This document shows positions 40,282 through 54,082 of a DNA stretch of 64,000 nt, one piece after another. The stretch comes from Octopus vulgaris (Eukaryota), in NCBI GenBank assembly GCA_951406725.2, contig OX597826.1, positions 65,162,001-65,226,000 on the forward strand, given 5' to 3'. Numbering within the stretch: the stretch's first letter is position 1; each line of letters starts with the position of its first letter. A program made the position numbers and the translations under genes. The notes beneath the pieces are model-generated. The model saw only the letters and a program-made list of their open reading frames with translations, ran no database searches and had not been told where the DNA came from.

Positions 40282-41148
40282 ATACAAAATGAGAAAATGG
40301 AGAAATATATCTAAATCATTCATCAACTATCAGATAACACCGAATCATATACTTTATTAAAACACTACACAAGAGCATTAAGATTAGACATTAATACAGT
40401 ACAATAATTACAATCAATATAATGAGATATAACTAAATAAATATAACAAGATATAAAATACATATACATTATAACTGACAGCTGTTTTGGCCATGCAGAT
40501 AAGTATGTCTCATTTAACCTATTAGCCATATATTGCAGGTATAAATGAGACATTAACAAAAATATCTAACGGCCTCTTCGGAGATTCTAATGTAAGTATG
40601 AGTACATATCCAAAAATCATTTACATATAAATATAAATATGAGTGCATATATACTCATATCCTTATATATATACACATCATCATCATCATCATCATCATC
40701 TATACATATACATAATAATATAAAATAATATAAATAATATAAATCAATATATATCAATAAACATAATAATGTTCTATATTGAATGTTACAGTTCCTCAAC
40801 CAATATTAAGAAATTACAACAGATATATTCATACTTAATGCTGACATATATAGTAAACAGTTCATTATACCAATTTGTGTTACTTTACAAAAAGTCAATA
40901 ATGTTAATACCAATACCGTTATCAATAACAATAATGTTAGCAACACTGAAGACCAATAAATACCACCATAGTATTTGGTCTTGTTATATTTATTTAGTTA
41001 TATCTCATTATATTGATTGTAATTATTGTACTGTATTAATGTCTAATCTTAATGCTCTTGTGTAGTGTTTTAATAAAGTATATGATTTGGTATTATCTGA
41101 TAGTTGATGAATGATTTAGATATATTTCTCCATTTTCTCATTTTGTAT
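40282..41148. repeat. Near-perfect 170-bp inverted repeat with 527-bp spacer
   Basis: 40282-40451 is the reverse complement of 40979-41148 with 2 differences; visible as identical C-termini of ORFs 40365-40559(-) and 40769-41065(+). Confidence 0.92.
40474..40584 (-). ncRNA. Decayed type I hammerhead ribozyme motif (Penelope type)
   Basis: On -: CCGAAGA-GGCC...GGCC-AAAAC-AGCT-GTC; palindromic stem III; two core substitutions relative to CUGANGA and GAAA. Confidence 0.6.
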
Positions 41149-42029
41149 ATATATAATATACATACATACATCAAGATATAATTGTGGAGAAGTGTATTGG
41201 AAATGCTAACGAAACACTTTCTCTTACTGAATCTGTAAAGAAAGTGGTATGGAAGTGCTATTATGAGAGGCTACTGAATGTGAAGAATATATAGGAAAGG
41301 GTCTTATCTTTCCAAAGTAAACACAAATGTGGGACCAGCCACATCCAGCCCACATATTCTACCTATTTTATATAAAAACTGACCACATCCAACCTCTCAC
41401 ACCTACCCTAATATGTCATTCTACAAATATGAAAACATACCATTGAAATCTTGGATTTACAAAATAATGCATGATTAATACAATACAATGTGAATAAATA
41501 GTCATTACATTTGACGGAGTAATCTGAATATTAAAGGGTTAAAGTCGCTAGCAGTATAATTGCATGCATAATTATGGATATGAAGGCAGGGAAAATAGTA
41601 GGTCTATCAGGGGATAGTTTCTGAGTTGCTTAAAATATTAGGTGAAGTAGGATGTATGTTAGTCACTTGTGTAATCAATCAGGAAGTTTTCATACACAAT
41701 CTGTACAAGGGAATAAGGAAGAAGAGATGAAGTTTTAAAGCAAAGAAATGAATGAACAATTTCAGCATAAATATTCCGGTGTTTGGTTATTTATTATCTA
41801 AAAGGAATAATTTTAGATAATATACCTCATGATATCTTCTGGATAATACCTTATACAATGGAAATAAAAGAAAAAGTTAATTTCACAAAAATAGATCCTG
41901 TGGAGAAAAGTAAGTTCAAAGTTAGAGAGTGACAAAATTAGTAAATATCGATTTCAAATTTTGGTACAAGACCAGCAAGTTTTTTCTTTTTTTTGGTGAG
42001 GATGGAAATAAGTCGATTACATTGACAAA

Positions 42030-42800
42030 ACAGATTCCATCACATTCCAAGGGAAGAAACTAGAAGTAGTTGATAGTTTCCGCTACCTAGGTGACCAAGT
42101 AAGTAGTGAAGGTGGATGCTCAGAGAGTGTCACCACTAGAATACGAATAGCCTGGGCAAAGTTTAGAAAGCTTCTACCCCCACTGGTGACAAAGGGTCTC
42201 TCGCTCAGAGTGAAAGGTAGATTGTACGACGCATGTGTGTGAACTGCCATGCTTCACATTAGTGAAACATGGGCTTGACTGCAGAGGACATGCGTAGGAT
42301 TGAAAGAAATGAAGCTAGCATGATCTGCTGGATGTGTAATGTTAGTGTGCACACAAGACAGAGTGTAAGTGCCCTGAGAGAAAAGCTGGACATAAGAAGC
42401 ATCAGATGTGGCGTGCAAGAGAGACGTTTGCACTGGTATGGTCATGTACTATGGATGGATGTGGAGAGATGTGTGAAGAAGTGCCACTCCCAAAATGTTG
42501 AAGAAATCCTGGGTAGAGGTAGACCCGGGAAGACATGGGATGAGGTGGCCAAGCATGACCATCGAAAGTTGGGCCTCACAGAGGCAATGGTGAAAGACCG
42601 AGACCTCCAGAGATATGCTGTGACTGCGAAAACCCGACAAATAATGTGAGTTCATGGCTGTTTCCTGCACCAGCTTCCCATAGTAGCCCCAGCCCATCCA
42701 TAGTTCTTGGATCACAGGATGGCCTGCTCTGCTTACCTTGGATCGTAGGGCAACCTGCTGTGCTTCAGGAGACCTATTGAGTCAAGTACATCAACATCAA
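42030..42800 (+). mobile_element. RTE LINE 3' fragment with 3'UTR
   Basis: LEVVDSFRYLGDQVSSEGG...AWAKFR...RRLHWYGHV...RGRPGKTW; one stop and one frameshift. Confidence 0.9.
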
Positions 42801-43903
42801 AAAATCAAATGGAAATTGTAGTTGTGCTACCTGTGCCGGTGGCACGTAAAAAGCACCATCTGAATGTGTCCAATGCTACCGTCGCCTTGACTGGCTTCAG
42901 TGCCAGTGGAACATAAAAAGCACCAACTGATCATGGCCATTGCCAGCCTCCCCTGGCATCTGGGCCGGCAGCACGTAAAAAGCACCCACTACACTCACAA
43001 GTGGTTGGTGTTAGGAAGGGCATCCAGCTGTAGAAACACTGTCAGATCAGATTGGAGCCTGGTGCAGCCTCCTGGCTTTCCAGACCCCAATCGAACCGTC
43101 CAACCCATGCTAGCATGGAAAACAGGCTTCCACACAGTTTCCATTTACCAAATTTACTCAGAAGGCATTGGTAAGCCCAGGGCCATAATAGAAGATACTT
43201 TTCTTAAGTGCCAAGCAGTAGGACTGGACCCCAAACCACATGGCTGCAAAACAAATTCCTTACCTACATACACAACCTTCTCTCCAAATATATTAAAAAA
43301 AATCAATAAAGCTCAACAAGAATATAAATGTGTGGTATGTTGGTGTACTTGAGGAGAATAAATATCTAAAAACATTTTGGGAAAGGTTAATCATTAGAAA
43401 AGAATGAGAACAGACGAAAGTAGTCTTTAAATGGATATAAATAGAGAGAAAAGGAGTGTGAACTAAAAGAAGAAATGATCAGATGGACAGGTGAAAGTAA
43501 ACAAGTAGGAATGAAGTTGAAGTTGTCTGCGACTTATAAACTAATTATGACTGATGTTGATCCTTTAAATAATACTTGTTTTGTAAATATAACAAGTATT
43601 AATTGTTTCCATATGAATTATTATAAAAATGATATTGACATTAATATTGTTGAACACTTTCATGATAACATTTCTGTTGAAAAATACTGTAAATTTGGAA
43701 AATAATCAGAATTTAGAGGAATTTTGTAAAATAGCAGACTTTCTTCAATATTAAGATGATGTCTGGAATAATATTACACCAAAATGTTCTTAAAATCTGA
43801 TGTAAAGCTTAATTTAGATATGAAGATTTTCAGATGTAATTTCAAGCAGTTTTGTATCAAAAGAGTAAAATATTTTCAGACATTTCCTAACAAGATATAT
43901 ATA

Positions 43904-43952
<49 letters not shown>

Positions 43953-44299
43953 ATTTTGGGATGGTCATTTCTTTTTATGCCAATATATATGTATATATAT
44001 ATATATAGCATACTATAGCCTTAAGTCAAGTTGACCAAAGCCTGTGAGTAGATTTTGTAGATGGGAACTGAAAGAAGCTGATCATATATATATATATCAT
44101 CATCATCATCATCATTTCATTTAGCGTCCGTTCTCCATGCTAGCATGGGTTGGACGGTTCAACTGGGGTCAGTGAAGCTGGAAGGCTTCATCAGGCCCAG
44201 TCAGATCTGGCAGTGTTTCTACGGCTGGATGCCTTTCCTAACGCTAACCACTCTGTGAGTGTAGTGGGTGCTTTTTATGTGCCACCCGCACAGGTGCCA

Positions 44300-44518
44300 G
44301 ACAGAGCTGGCAAACGGCCACGAACGGATGGTGCTTTTACGTGTCACCGGCACGGGGCCAGGCGAGGCTGGTAACGGACACGAACGGATGGTGCTTTTAC
44401 GTGCCACCAACACAGGGGGCCAGACAGAGCTGCCAAACGGCCACGAAACGGATGGTGCTTTTACGTGTCACCGGCACGGGGGCCAGGCCAGGCTGGCAAC
44501 GGACACGAACGGATGGTG

Positions 44519-44524
<6 letters not shown>
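44300..44524. repeat. GC-rich ~60-bp tandem repeat (about 4 units) inside an interspersed element
   Basis: Unit core CACGAACGGATGGTGCTTTTACGTG.CACC.GCAC; related arrays at ~42830-42990 (inverted), ~59390-59525, ~62380-62550. Confidence 0.85.
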
Positions 44525-44558
<34 letters not shown>

Positions 44559-44853
44559 TGCAGGCATGGCTGTGTGGTAAGAAGTTTGGTTCCCAAGCAT
44601 ATGGTTCTGGATTCTGTACCAATGCATGATACCTTGGGCAAGTATCTTCTACTATAGCCTTGAGTAAAATCGACCAAAGCCTTGTGAGTAAATTTTGTAG
44701 ATGGAAACCGAAAGAAGCCGATCATATATATATATAAATATATACACACATATATACTTCTATTATAAGGATAAAATTCTTTTCAAAAAAAATTTTATCA
44801 GTCGCCAGAATATTAAGATACCTTTTAAGGGGAAAATTAAAAACAATTATATT

Positions 44854-44886
<33 letters not shown>

Positions 44887-44934
44887 GTATGTATATACAC
44901 ACACATATGGATCTATGTGTATATATATATATAT

Positions 44935-45316
44935 TCTTTTTTTTTTAGTCATTTGACTGCGGCCATGCTGAGGCACCACCTTTAGTTGAATAAATCGTCC
45001 CCAGGACTTATTCTTTGTAAGTCTAGTGCATATTCTATCCATCTCTTTTTGCCGAACTGCTAGGTTACGGGGATGTATACACACCAACATTGATTGTCAA
45101 GCAATGGTGGGGGGACAAACACAGACACACAACTATACATATGTATATATATATAACAGATTTCTTTCAGTTTCTGTCTACCAAATCCACTCACAAGGCT
45201 TTGGTTGGCCTGAGGCTACAGTAGAACACACTTGCCCAAGGTGCCATGCAGTGGGACTGAACCTGGAACCATGTAGTTGGTAAGCAAACTACTTACCGCA
45301 CAGCCACTCCTGCACC
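44935..45316 (-). mobile_element. tRNA-derived SINE (main family)
   Basis: Reverse-complement family match; partial copies at ~44555-44725 (+) and ~45950-46090 (-). Confidence 0.8.
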
Positions 45317-45509
45317 TATATATATATATATATATATATTTATGTATATACACATACACGCATATATGAATGTATGTGTATATATATGTATGTATACATA
45401 TGATATATATGTATATATGTATGTATATATATCTATACGATATATATCTATATCTATCTATATATATCATATATATATGTGTGTGTGTGTGTATGTATAT
45501 GTATATATA

Positions 45510-45552
<43 letters not shown>
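45317..45552. repeat. Compound (TA)n/(TG)n microsatellite
   Basis: Seen directly. Confidence 0.95.
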
Positions 45553-45557
<5 letters not shown>

Positions 45558-47175
45558 AATGTCCTGCATTTGAAAAGCTCCATTCTATTTCAGTTGTGCA
45601 AGAGAAAGGTCATTTGAAGTTATTCTGAATGTCAAATGAATTTCATTTTAGGAGTGAAAGATTAGTGGTGATAGCAGCGGTGGAGATGGATCATTAGCTG
45701 GTAGTGGAAAGAGACATTTGAGAACAAGAATTCATAGTAACTATGGATGATAATAGAGAAAATAGTTCCTGCAATCTCTGCTCAGTTGTTAGTAAGTTTG
45801 AGTGTCACAAAAGAAAGTTGTCAATGCTGTTATCAAAGTGGGAATTGAAGCTTTAAATCTAATTCTATTGGTCAATTCATCCCTCTCTCTCTCTCTCTCT
45901 CTCTCGGAGAGGCATAAGCACCTACACGCACATATACACACACAGCAGTAACTTCCGCCTACCAAATTCAATCACAAAGCTTCGGTTGGCCCAGGGCTAT
46001 AGCAGAAGACACTTGCCCAAAGTGCCATGCGGTGGGACTGAACTCGAAACCATGTAGCTAGGAAGCAAGCTCCCTAACCACGCAGCCATGTCCGCAATAA
46101 AATAAGATGCATCACGTGAGCAGTATACCTTTGTTGGTGAAGCTGAAATACAAATAAAATGCCATCAGTTGGAATTGTCACCTATTTTTCTTTAGTGATT
46201 TGTAACTTTTTACAATTAAACTCTGTATTCTAGTAAAGTTTGTACAGAACAGGCTTTGCCCAAGTAAAGTTGTTTGCAGTGTTCTATAAATGATTTTGGA
46301 CATAAGGCTTCGATGTGCAATTATCAGCAGAAATGAGAATTGTATATGTGCTTTTAGAAAATGTTGTCTTTCCTGAATCTTTACTACAGAACCTGATACA
46401 GAGGCATCATGTTCTATATATCCATATATATTAAATTATTTATTGTGTGTGTGTGTGTGTGTGTGCGTGTGTGTGTCTGTGTGTAATTTCTGTTGTTCTT
46501 TCACTCTAAATTTTGAGTTCCTTCACCCTTAATCCCTACCACTCTCTTGTGAGTTTCATCTAACTTCAAGAATTAGCTCATTAACAATTATTCCTCACAT
46601 GCCTTTTGTTCCCTTCTGACTGTATACAGTATCAGCTCCTCATTTTATGGCTTCTTAAGTTACATAATTGAGTCCCAGTATTATTAATTACATTTCTTTT
46701 TCTTTCATTAACTTATAGCAGTCAAGGAGGTGCTCATTCCAAACCAACATAGAATGCTTTCAATTTCATTGTACATTGTCTCATTTCAACCGTAGAAGCA
46801 GTAGCAGTATCTATTCCCTACTTTTTCAATTAAACAGCTTTAATTAACTTATTAACTAGCTAATAATTAAGCTATTCCTTAACTTAATACTTCTTAACAC
46901 TAAAATTTAATCTTAATTTTTTCTAATTTAACTTTATTGGCCCCTGAATGATGAAAGTCAAAGTTAATTCCTGTGGGATTTGAACTTAGAATGTAAAGAG
47001 CAGAACAAATACTGCAAATGATTGTGTCAGAACAAATACTGCAAATAATCCACCACCCTCCATTGCAGTAGTAATAGTGGTTGTTGTTGTAATAGGCATA
47101 AAGTCAGCAATTTTTTAAGGAACTGGGGATTTGATTACATCAACCCCAGTGCTCCACTGTTACTTATTTTATCAA

Positions 47176-47410
47176 TAGTGAGCAAGCTGGTAGAATCATT
47201 AGCACGCCGGGCGAAATGCTAAGTGGTATTTCGTCTGCCGCTACATTCTGAGTTCAAATTCCGCTGAGGTCGACTTTGTCTTTCATCCTTTCAGGGTCGA
47301 TTAAATAAGTACCAGTTACTCACTGGGGTTGATATAATCGACTTAATCCATTTGTCTGTCCTGGTTTGTCCCCTCTGTGTTTAGCCCCTTTTGGGTAGTA
47401 AAGAAATAGG
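47176..47410 (+). mobile_element. tRNA-derived SINE with 15-bp TSD, nested in an opposite-strand SINE
   Basis: B box GAGTTCAAATTCC; TACTTATTTTATCAA repeated at 47161-47175 and 47411-47425. Confidence 0.85.
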
Positions 47411-48044
47411 TACTTATTTTATCAACCTAGTATTTGAACTCAGAATGTAATGAGCCATAGGAAATGCTACTAAGCAGTGTATCTGATGTGCTTACTAATG
47501 GTTCTGCCAATAATCCATTATAATAATAAAAATGATGATGATAATGATTATGATACAGTAAACAAATAAATGACATTTAGCAAGCAGAACTAATGGGCTA
47601 GTCAACTGTTTTAACTAACATATTGGATATCAACAGAGACCATTTATCCGAAGCTGTAACATGTCACAGCTTGAATGGTTATCTTTTTTTCTGATCTGCT
47701 GGAATAATTGACCCTGTGTTTCAGAGGACTGTAGATAGTGTAAGAGTGTAAAAATGATCTATTAATAAATACTATGTTGCACCAATGTCATAATTACAAA
47801 TGCTATGGCATGAAGTCATTCCTGATCTCATCTACATGAAATTCACAACAAGCGATCAACCCTCTGCTTCTAAACTCACATCTGAATTATATTGTTATGT
47901 TGAAGCCAACATTGTTATTATAATGTATACACAGGCATGGCTATGTGGTTAAGAAGCTTGCTTGTTTCAGGTTCAGTTCTACTTGGGGTAAATATCTTTT
48001 ACTATGGCTGTACATCATCCACTGCCTTTGTCACCATCCTTTAA

Positions 48045-48264
48045 TCCTTTCGTTACTGTATTTATTTTGAGATGCTCTGTGTTTCTTTCAATTACTTTAA
48101 ATATAACAAAGAATTTAGTAAAATAACTTAGTTATCATTCAGCTAGTGTTAGGAACATAAATTGTGACCAACATTTGGTGGAAGATTTCAATTCAAAACT
48201 TATGAAAACAAGACATTTGTACTCAGAGCCAGAGCCAGTTTCAGCCAGGTTGGTAACGAAAGGG
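48045..48264. mobile_element. piggyBac-type (TTAA) MITE
   Basis: TTAA-TCCTTTCGTTAC ... GTAACGAAAGGG-TTAA. Confidence 0.8.
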
Positions 48265-51200
48265 TTAATGTCCATTTTCCATGCTGGTATAGGCTGGATG
48301 GTTTGACTGGAGCTGGCTAGCTGCACTAAGTTCCAGTCTGATTTGGTTTGGCTTCTATGGCTGGATGCCCTTCCTAATGCCAACCACTTTACAGTGTGTG
48401 CTGGGTATTTTTAACGTGGCATTGGCACAAGTGGTTTTTACATGGCACCAGCACACAACTCTTGCAGGCCAATCCTTTTCACAAGTGGGAGAGGCCTTAA
48501 CACTTCTGCTGTGAAGGACGAGTCTTCTGGAGTAAAGTGCTAGGTTTTTTTGGTCCTTTGTCATCTCATCTGAAAGGCTCAGCATCCTGAGGTTGTCCTT
48601 CAGCACCTCGTCCAACATCTTCCTAGGTCTCTCCCTTCAACATATTCCATCCACTTTGAGAGAATGGCATGTCTTTATGGAGCTGTCAGCATTCATCTTC
48701 ACCACATGACCAAACCAGTGCAGTCTTCTCTCTTGCACACTGCATGTGAAAGTTCATCATCACTATCATTTAATATCCACTTTTCCAAGCTCACAGAGGT
48801 CAAACAGAATTTGTTGGGGAAGATTTTCCTATGACTAGGTGTTCTCTCTGTCACCAACCAGGGTAATATTCCCTCATGCTCAGAAGTGCTTTTCATGGAA
48901 GATTGCAAATGAACATTGCTTCTATGACGGTGATAGTCATTTACAATCATCACATGATGTCAAGACAAAGTTACACACAAACATACATATTGAGTTTCTT
49001 TTAGTTTCTGCCTACCAAATCTATATTTGTTGGTCCAGGGCTATAGAAAAGGATGCTTGCTTAATATGTGGTTCACAAGAGGACTGAACCTGAGACCACA
49101 TTATTGGGTAGCAAGCTTTTTAAACACACAGCCATACCTGCACTTGTTTTTTATCTTGTAGTATTTGTTTCAGCCATTAAACTATGGCCATGCTGGGGCA
49201 TCACCTTGAAGAATTTTTAGTCAAACGAATTACCCCCAGTACTTATTCCAACACTTTTACCAAATCTCTAAGTTATGGAGACACAAATACAGACACACAT
49301 ACACAGGTAGAAACAATGCAAAGCAAATTTTCTGACACTCTAATGATTCTGCTAACCCAACATCCAAATGGTTTTGATCTAGGCAGAAGATCAGCAGTTT
49401 TGAAGAGAAGGGATTAATTGAATATATTGCCCCACCTACTCTCTAGCATGTGACTGGTACTTTATTTTATTAACTCTGAAAAGATGAAAGGTAAAATTGA
49501 CCTTGGCAGGATTTGAACTCAGAAAATAAAGAACTGGAAGAAATACCACAAAGTATTTACTCTCATGCTTTACTGATTCTGCCAGTTCACCAAAAGAGAA
49601 GAAAGAGAGTAAAGAAAGATGTTAAAACAGTTGATAATCATTCTTGTATATAAATGTTTATTTTTGTAATATTTTCACATACATATATACGGGGTTGAAA
49701 ATCATTGACATAAAATGGATTCTTAAACAGGCTTTTCTGAAAATCATTAAAGGAATTTGTATGTTTTTTTTCTTTTTTTATATATGCATATATATACATA
49801 CATACATACATACATATATATATTTGAATGCCACAAGTTTAAGTGACAATATATTATGGTTATAAATACAGTAAAATCACAAAATTGAAATTGTTATAAA
49901 ACATTTGAATTAATTCCTTTGAAAAACGCTGGAGTTGACAGACTAAAATATCAACAAAGCAACATGTTCTGAACTAGATAAGTGCTGCTACCTCATCATT
50001 TAACTATACGTGTGGTAGTGATATTGGTTGCTGGTACCATCCCTGAAAGTGAGCGGTGCAGCTTTCCTCAGTTGTAAAACACATATGTAACAATAAAGTA
50101 TCTGTGATAAAACATAGTAAATTGCATATATATATATATATATACACACACAGGTGTGTGACCTTGTGATTGAGTGTTGGGTACTCATTCATGGGTTACG
50201 TAGTGCATTGTATCTTTGAGCAAGGCACTTCATTTCACATTGTCCCAGTCTACTCCTCAGCTGAAATATGTATCTGCTGAGTACTGGTGCAACCTTTTCT
50301 CTTCCTGGATGTCTAGTTTTGTCCATGGTAGGAAGGTTGACAAAGTGTCTATGTCTGCTCAAGACTACAGATGCACCTAAAACATGGTACATGCTGCCAA
50401 GTCATACTCACTTGCAAGTGATGGCTATATATATATATATATATATGTTGTATTTCGGAATGGTCATTTTGCCAGTTTAGCCAATAAAATCTTGCACAAC
50501 AAATATATATATATATATATAATGGGTTTGGGAGAACAACAAGAGAAATAGAACTCAAAACGAGTAAAGAAATACTTTTTAAGTGCCATGCATGAAACTC
50601 TCGGCCTTGAGTCACTTCTGTAACTTTTAGCAATTATAAAATAATAGTATATGTGTGTGTGTGTATGTATGAGTGTGAAGACACACATAGGTTTTTGTGT
50701 GTGATATATATGTATATATATACATACATACACACACACATGCGTATATAATGATATAATGCTCTTAATCAAATAAAGAACATTTTTTAATAATCTACTA
50801 CTTGTAAAATACAGAATATGCATGCATGTATGTTTGTGTATATATATATATACACACACACACCTGTTTTTAAATATGGGTTCTACACTAGTAAAAGCAT
50901 TTCAAGTTATCCCTAGCTTTCTCCAGGTGTGATATTCTGATCCTTGAAGAGTGTTAAGATAAACATATAACTTATACTGGTATCAGATCTATATTCAAAT
51001 AATACATATATAAACATACAGAGGGAGAAAGAGAAAGAGAGAGAGAGATGTTAAATGTAAAATAAATTCTAAAGAAATAATTTAACATGAAAATTACTTT
51101 ATGTCTTTCATAGACATTTGATACATCGGCAATCTAACTTCAGTGCATTTACATTGTAGAAAAAATTCCCAAACAAACCTAAAGTACCAGCAACTTTTAG

Positions 51201-52149
51201 AGGTTTACAATAACCTTTGATATATGACTGAGGTCAAAAATATAATCAGTCAAAGCTGATAGAGCAGAAAATGAATTTTCTAGTATTTGAGAATTTGAAG
51301 CTTCTTTAATCTTTTGATCCCAAGAAGTGGCATCCATTGCAAAAAAACTCTTGCACTCAAATTTTATTCAACGATATATGTTTCCTTTATTAACAACTTG
51401 CTGTCATTGTACAACAGCTATATATGGTTGTTACAATATTTCATTAAGAAAATTGACTTTGAAAACAAATATTTTTATAAAATACTTTTCAATGGATTTT
51501 AAAATCTAAAAAAAAATGGTGAATAAATATTTTTTAATTAATATAAAAAGTTAACATTAAGGGATTTTGTTGACAATCATATTAAAATTCGAACAAAACA
51601 ATCTTGTATAATGGACTTATCCCTCAAAAGAACATCATAGCTTTAAGGTTGTAGTTAGTTTTAAACTTATTTAAATTTTGAAAGACCCATATACATAATT
51701 GTGAGTTTGTATATATATATATATACACACATACATACATACATAAGTATGAATGTATTATGAATGAAAGACGAATGAACAGGGGTTGAATAATTACTTT
51801 CATTAGCTTACTGGTGTTTCTGCTATAAGTAAGTACACACTCAGAGCTGAGTGTCAGTGTAACATCTTACTGGTTTTTCAGAGCTGTTTGAATAAAGTGT
51901 TTTTCTTTTGCAGAATACATTTAAATACATATAGTTGGATACATCCAGACACACATATAAGTATGTATTTACCTATGTACTGACATGAGTATGAAACTCT
52001 CCAGTAGTGGAATCCTGGTTTGGGAATTCCAGTGTTTTGAGGATTACGGAACCACATCTTAGTCACAAACGTTCCCAGGTCTGCTCTGACCTAGAGTAGC
52101 AGCACCTATCAGGGTCCCATCTATAGGTTAATTAGCAAGTCATTCAGGC

Positions 52150-52495
52150 AGTTGGAGTCCATTAACCTGAGGTGGGTGTGTGACCCATCTAAGGAAAGGA
52201 GAACCTTGACTCCAAACCTCTACTGCCCTGCGGCCATATCTAGCAGTGACGAAGGCTTCAGGAATAAACCCCCGAGGAAATATTTGGAGTTGGAATCCCT
52301 GAGGCAGATCGTCACCTACAACCTTGCTCTGGCAACTCTTTCGCTATGATGGAGCCTAATTGTGATGGCTGAGCTGTTCCATTGGATTCCTCGGTGATGT
52401 GGAGAGCAAGGGGGATATGCTGCATGGGCAATGACCTGTCCTCCATACCATACTGCTCAGGCTAGGATCCCATCGAGCATTTTATACTGGAGAAA
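52150..52495 (+). mobile_element. Probable RTE LINE 5'UTR remnant
   Basis: GC-richer island resembling, from recall, RTE 5'UTR motifs (AAACCTC..CTGCCCTGCGGC, AAACCCC.GAGGAAA, CTGCATGGGCAA). Confidence 0.5.
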
Positions 52496-53602
52496 TAGCA
52501 TTGAACTTTTCAGCCATAGACAACTAAAATTTTTACCCATGGTCATTGATGACAGCATGGAAGCCTTAGATGTGTATATATGTATGTGTATGTATACACA
52601 CACATTGAGGATGTGGGACATGTGGAGGGAAGAATGTTGAATTTCAGTAAATTAAGAGAAGTAAAGAGTGAATTGGCCATTGTAGGTTTATGAAACCAGT
52701 CCTATGTGAAATGCTTCAAATGATAATTGTCAAATAAAGGAAAAATCAGATCTTTCTTCAAACATGGTAGATAATGTTATAAAATCCTAATGTCTTAAAA
52801 TCAATCAATCAATCAAATTAATATAAAGTAAACTTTACAGAACAGTCACAAAGGATTCAAGTGCCAAAGTAAGATGTTTTATGACGCTAGTTGACGTCCC
52901 ATATCTGGGATAAAATAATAATTGAATTCTGGGTTTGAGTCAACTTTATTTTACAGAATTAACAATTATTAAGAAATAAAATTAGATCTTTTTCCTTTTC
53001 AATAAATAACTTTATTCATTTTTATTAGTTTTCTAAAAAATACATTTTAGAAAGAAAAAAAAAAAAAACCAACAAAAAAACAAAAAAAACAAAAAAACAA
53101 AACAAAACAAAGAATCTATTTGAAATAAATAAATTATAGAATTAAAAAAAAAACTATATAGATGAATACTGATATTTTATTTATTATACCCAGAGTCAAC
53201 ATGATTGATCTCATTTTATCACTGGAACAATTTTTATCAACTGCAAAGGGATGGAAAGGCGGAATCACTGAGAAGTTAAATATTGCAAATGTCTTTTATT
53301 TCTATGCAAGTTAAAACAAAGCATAACAAAAAGGGCATAACAAAATGATAAGCATTAAAAATGTAAATATGTAAGCATATATATATATATATATAAATCA
53401 ACAAGTTATGAAAATAAAATGAGATTTTTAAAGAAATGGTGATCACACCGCAAAATAAAACAAACAACCAATAGTAAAACAATTAACCCCCATCTATTAC
53501 CTAGAAGAATCCTTTTACAATTATATACATATATATGGTTGTTTATATGAATTAAATGCTTTGTAAATGTACCTGGTATCTATTAAAAAGGGTCTTAAAG
53601 AG

Positions 53603-54082
53603 TTAACAACTACAGCCATAGTCTTTCTTTCCGTCATCTTGTTGAATATCAGGGCTACAACCAATGTTAGTGATCTGTGAACTTTCTGAGGTGAATCGTG
53701 GGATATAGCTGGGCATCATTGGTTTAGAGTTCTTCAGTTTATGAGCCAGTGTCATAAAAATTGCTTCTACGTGGTTCGCTTTCTCATCATCTTTAGCTGA
53801 AGTTTCAAAAAGGGGCATGTTGTGAGAATCAGCAAATTTCTGGGCTGCATTGGTATTCACAGCGATTCTATCGATGATGTCACATTTGTTGCCGACCAAA
53901 ATTCTTGGAATGTCTTTATTTAAGTTATGGCGATCACATTCTTCAATCCAGTTTGGCATGTTCTCAAATGAGCTGATCTTTGTAACATCATACACAAAGA
54001 CAACAGCGTGCACATTCCTGTAATAATGTTGGACCATACTCTTCCGAAATCTTTCTTGCCCTGCTGTATCCCACAGTTGTAA
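53603..54082 (-). CDS. RAB33: Rab33 GTPase, last coding exon (partial gene)
   Basis: TTTTCAG| [32 protein letters not shown]...ILVGNKCD...FETSAK...[14 protein letters not shown]-terminal CSC prenylation motif. [14 protein letters not shown] is Rab33-specific. Confidence 0.95.
   Translation of the reverse strand, partial: LQLWDTAGQERFRKSMVQHYYRNVHAVVFVYDVTKISSFENMPNWIEECDRHNLNKDIPRILVGNKCDIIDRIAVNTNAAQKFADSHNMPLFETSAKDDEKANHVEAIFMTLAHKLKNSKPMMPSYIPRFTSESSQITNIGCSPDIQQDDGKKDYGCSC

Noticed and set aside
44300-44524. CRISPR-like repeat/spacer appearance
   Set aside because: Eukaryotic context, no cas genes, linkers are related to each other, and the array sits in an interspersed repeat
51805-51850. 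Further hammerhead candidate (GAAACACCAGTA on -)
   Set aside because: CUGANGA box not recoverable (CTGAGTG) and stem II absent
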